A DNA stretch of 24,000 nucleotides from an uncultured Solirubrobacteraceae bacterium (GTDB taxonomy: Bacteria; Actinomycetota; Thermoleophilia; Solirubrobacterales; Solirubrobacteraceae). The notes under the pieces are model-generated. The model saw only the letters and a list, made by a program, of their open reading frames with translations. It did not search any database and had not been told where the DNA came from. The stretch lies in the NCBI GenBank assembly GCA_963787765.1, contig CAWBEF010000012.1, positions 20,939 through 44,938 of the forward strand, written 5' to 3'. Of this stretch, positions 23,019 to 24,000 are shown in pieces (within the stretch, counting starts at the first letter, position 1; the number at the start of each line of letters is the position of its first letter). The position numbers and the translations under genes were made by a program.

Positions 23019-24000
23019 ATGAACGCGACCGCCAGCACGGCCGGCCCGGGTGAACTGACCGCTTGGGGGCGCAGCGTCGCGGCGCCCGTCCGGGACTTCC
23101 TGAGCACGGAGACCGGCGGTGCGCTCGTGATGCTGGCCGCCACCGTGGCCGCGCTGGCCTGGGCGAACATCTCACCGAGCTCCTACGACTCGGCCTGGAG
23201 CACCCAGCTCGGGATCCACCTCGGCAGCGCCGGCATCGCGACCGACCTGCGCCACTGGGTCAACGAGGGGCTGATGACGCTCTTCTTCCTCGTGATCGGC
23301 CTCGAGGCCAAGCGCGAGCTCGACCTGGGCGAGCTGCGCGAGCGCCGGCGCCTGGCGATCCCCGTGCTGGCCGCCGGTGGCGGGATCGCGGTGCCCGTCG
23401 CGATCTACCTCGCCTTCAACGGCGGCGGTGCGGGCGCGCACGGGTGGGGCGCGGCGATGTCCACCGACACCGCATTCGCGCTCGGGGCGCTGGCCCTGCT
23501 GACCCCCAGGGCGGCGACCCGGATCCGCGTCTTCCTGTTGACACTGGCGGTCGTCGATGACCTGAGCGCACTGGTCGTGATCGCGACCGTCTACACGACC
23601 CACGTCTCGATGCTCGCACTGGTGATCGCATTGGCCCTGTTCGCGGTCCTGATCGGCCTGCGCTACCTGCCGGTCGCCCGCAGCGCAGTGTCGAAGCTCA
23701 TCGCTCTCGGGCTGTGGGTTGCGATGTTCGAATCGGGAATCGATCCGGTCATCTCGGGACTCGCGGTGGGGCTCGTGACGAGCGCCTATCCGCCGCCCCG
23801 GGGGGATCTCGAGCGGGCCACGGCGCTGGCGCGCTCGTTCCGCGAGCAGCCCACGCCCGAGATGGCGCGCTCGGCACAGCAGGGCCTGCTCTCGGCGATC
23901 TCGGCCAACGATCGGCTGCAGTTCGCGCTGCACCCCTGGGTCAGCTACGTCGTCCTGCCGCTGTTCGCCCTGTCCAACGCGGGCCTTCATCTGACGAGCT
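23019..24000 (+). CDS. nhaA: Na+/H+ antiporter NhaA; 3' end lies outside the window
   Basis: This frame is missing from the ORF track because it runs off the window. It reads MNATAST..APVRDFLSTETGGALVMLAATVAALAWAN...HWVNEGLMTLFFLVIGLEAKREL..GWGAAMSTDTAFALGAL...FLLTLAVVDDLSALVVIA...LHPWVSYVVLPLFALSNAG, with classic NhaA motifs including the DD pair. ATG 22989 is an alternative start. Confidence 0.9.
   Translation, partial: MNATASTAGPGELTAWGRSVAAPVRDFLSTETGGALVMLAATVAALAWANISPSSYDSAWSTQLGIHLGSAGIATDLRHWVNEGLMTLFFLVIGLEAKRELDLGELRERRRLAIPVLAAGGGIAVPVAIYLAFNGGGAGAHGWGAAMSTDTAFALGALALLTPRAATRIRVFLLTLAVVDDLSALVVIATVYTTHVSMLALVIALALFAVLIGLRYLPVARSAVSKLIALGLWVAMFESGIDPVISGLAVGLVTSAYPPPRGDLERATALARSFREQPTPEMARSAQQGLLSAISANDRLQFALHPWVSYVVLPLFALSNAGLHLTS

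Noticed and set aside
212-23990. Numerous long ORF-track entries antisense to or out of frame with the called genes. Examples: 212..928(-), 1121..1606(-), 1619..2269(+), 6607..7716(+), 8065..9060(-), 10142..10993(-), 11634..12995(-), 12878..14368(-), 14409..15161(-), 16183..17976(+), 17114..17893(-), 17995..18870(-), 19800..20753(-), 21970..22890(-), 23172..23990(-).
   Set aside because: Their translations are Arg/Pro/Gly/Ala-rich low-complexity strings with no recognisable motifs. This is the expected shadow-ORF artefact of ~70% GC DNA, where stop codons are rare in all frames. In each case the overlapping frame encodes a clearly recognisable protein.
1-24000. Search for tRNA/rRNA genes, CRISPR arrays, IS elements, integrases or phage/defence-island hallmarks.
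   Set aside because: I found no transposase/integrase-like ORFs, no repeat-spacer periodicity and no tRNA-like cloverleaf candidates by eye. Apart from small intergenic AT-richer promoter islands, the composition looks uniform, so the window reads as core chromosome.

Overview
Very GC-rich (about 70% by eye), gene-dense chromosomal segment with actinobacterial-type features: strong GC3 bias, GTG/TTG starts and several 4-nt ATGA/GTGA start-stop overlaps. I can support about 24 protein-coding loci. I found no rRNA, tRNA, CRISPR array, transposase or integrase. Left to right: a partial FNR-like reductase; a secreted poly-glycine protein; an ECF42-type sigma factor + YciI/DGPF operon preceded by a matching TGTCGA-N17-CGAC promoter; an alpha/beta-hydrolase + TetR operon behind a near-consensus promoter with an embedded palindrome; an isochorismatase-family protein; a SemiSWEET; an APC amino-acid permease; a UPF0104 flippase-like membrane protein coupled to an unknown protein; a MarR regulator; a heliorhodopsin (10537-11325, minus strand); an mmsA-DUF2252 operon; a cNMP/CBS/DUF294 nucleotidyltransferase + DnaQ-like exonuclease cassette; and a triple-PAS EAL phosphodiesterase. 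A ~2.6 kb stretch (19.06-21.71 kb) follows in which four loci (EAL 3' end, TetR, SDR, a secreted protein) carry about 15 frameshifts, while everything else in the window is intact. The window ends with a DUF5519-like protein (which lies inside that stretch but is intact), a DsbA-like protein and a partial nhaA. The heliorhodopsin is the strongest finding: the family was recognised only recently, its physiological role is unsettled, and neither a chromophore-synthesis gene nor a partner is visible nearby. Most other ORF-track entries are off-frame or antisense shadow ORFs typical of high-GC DNA.
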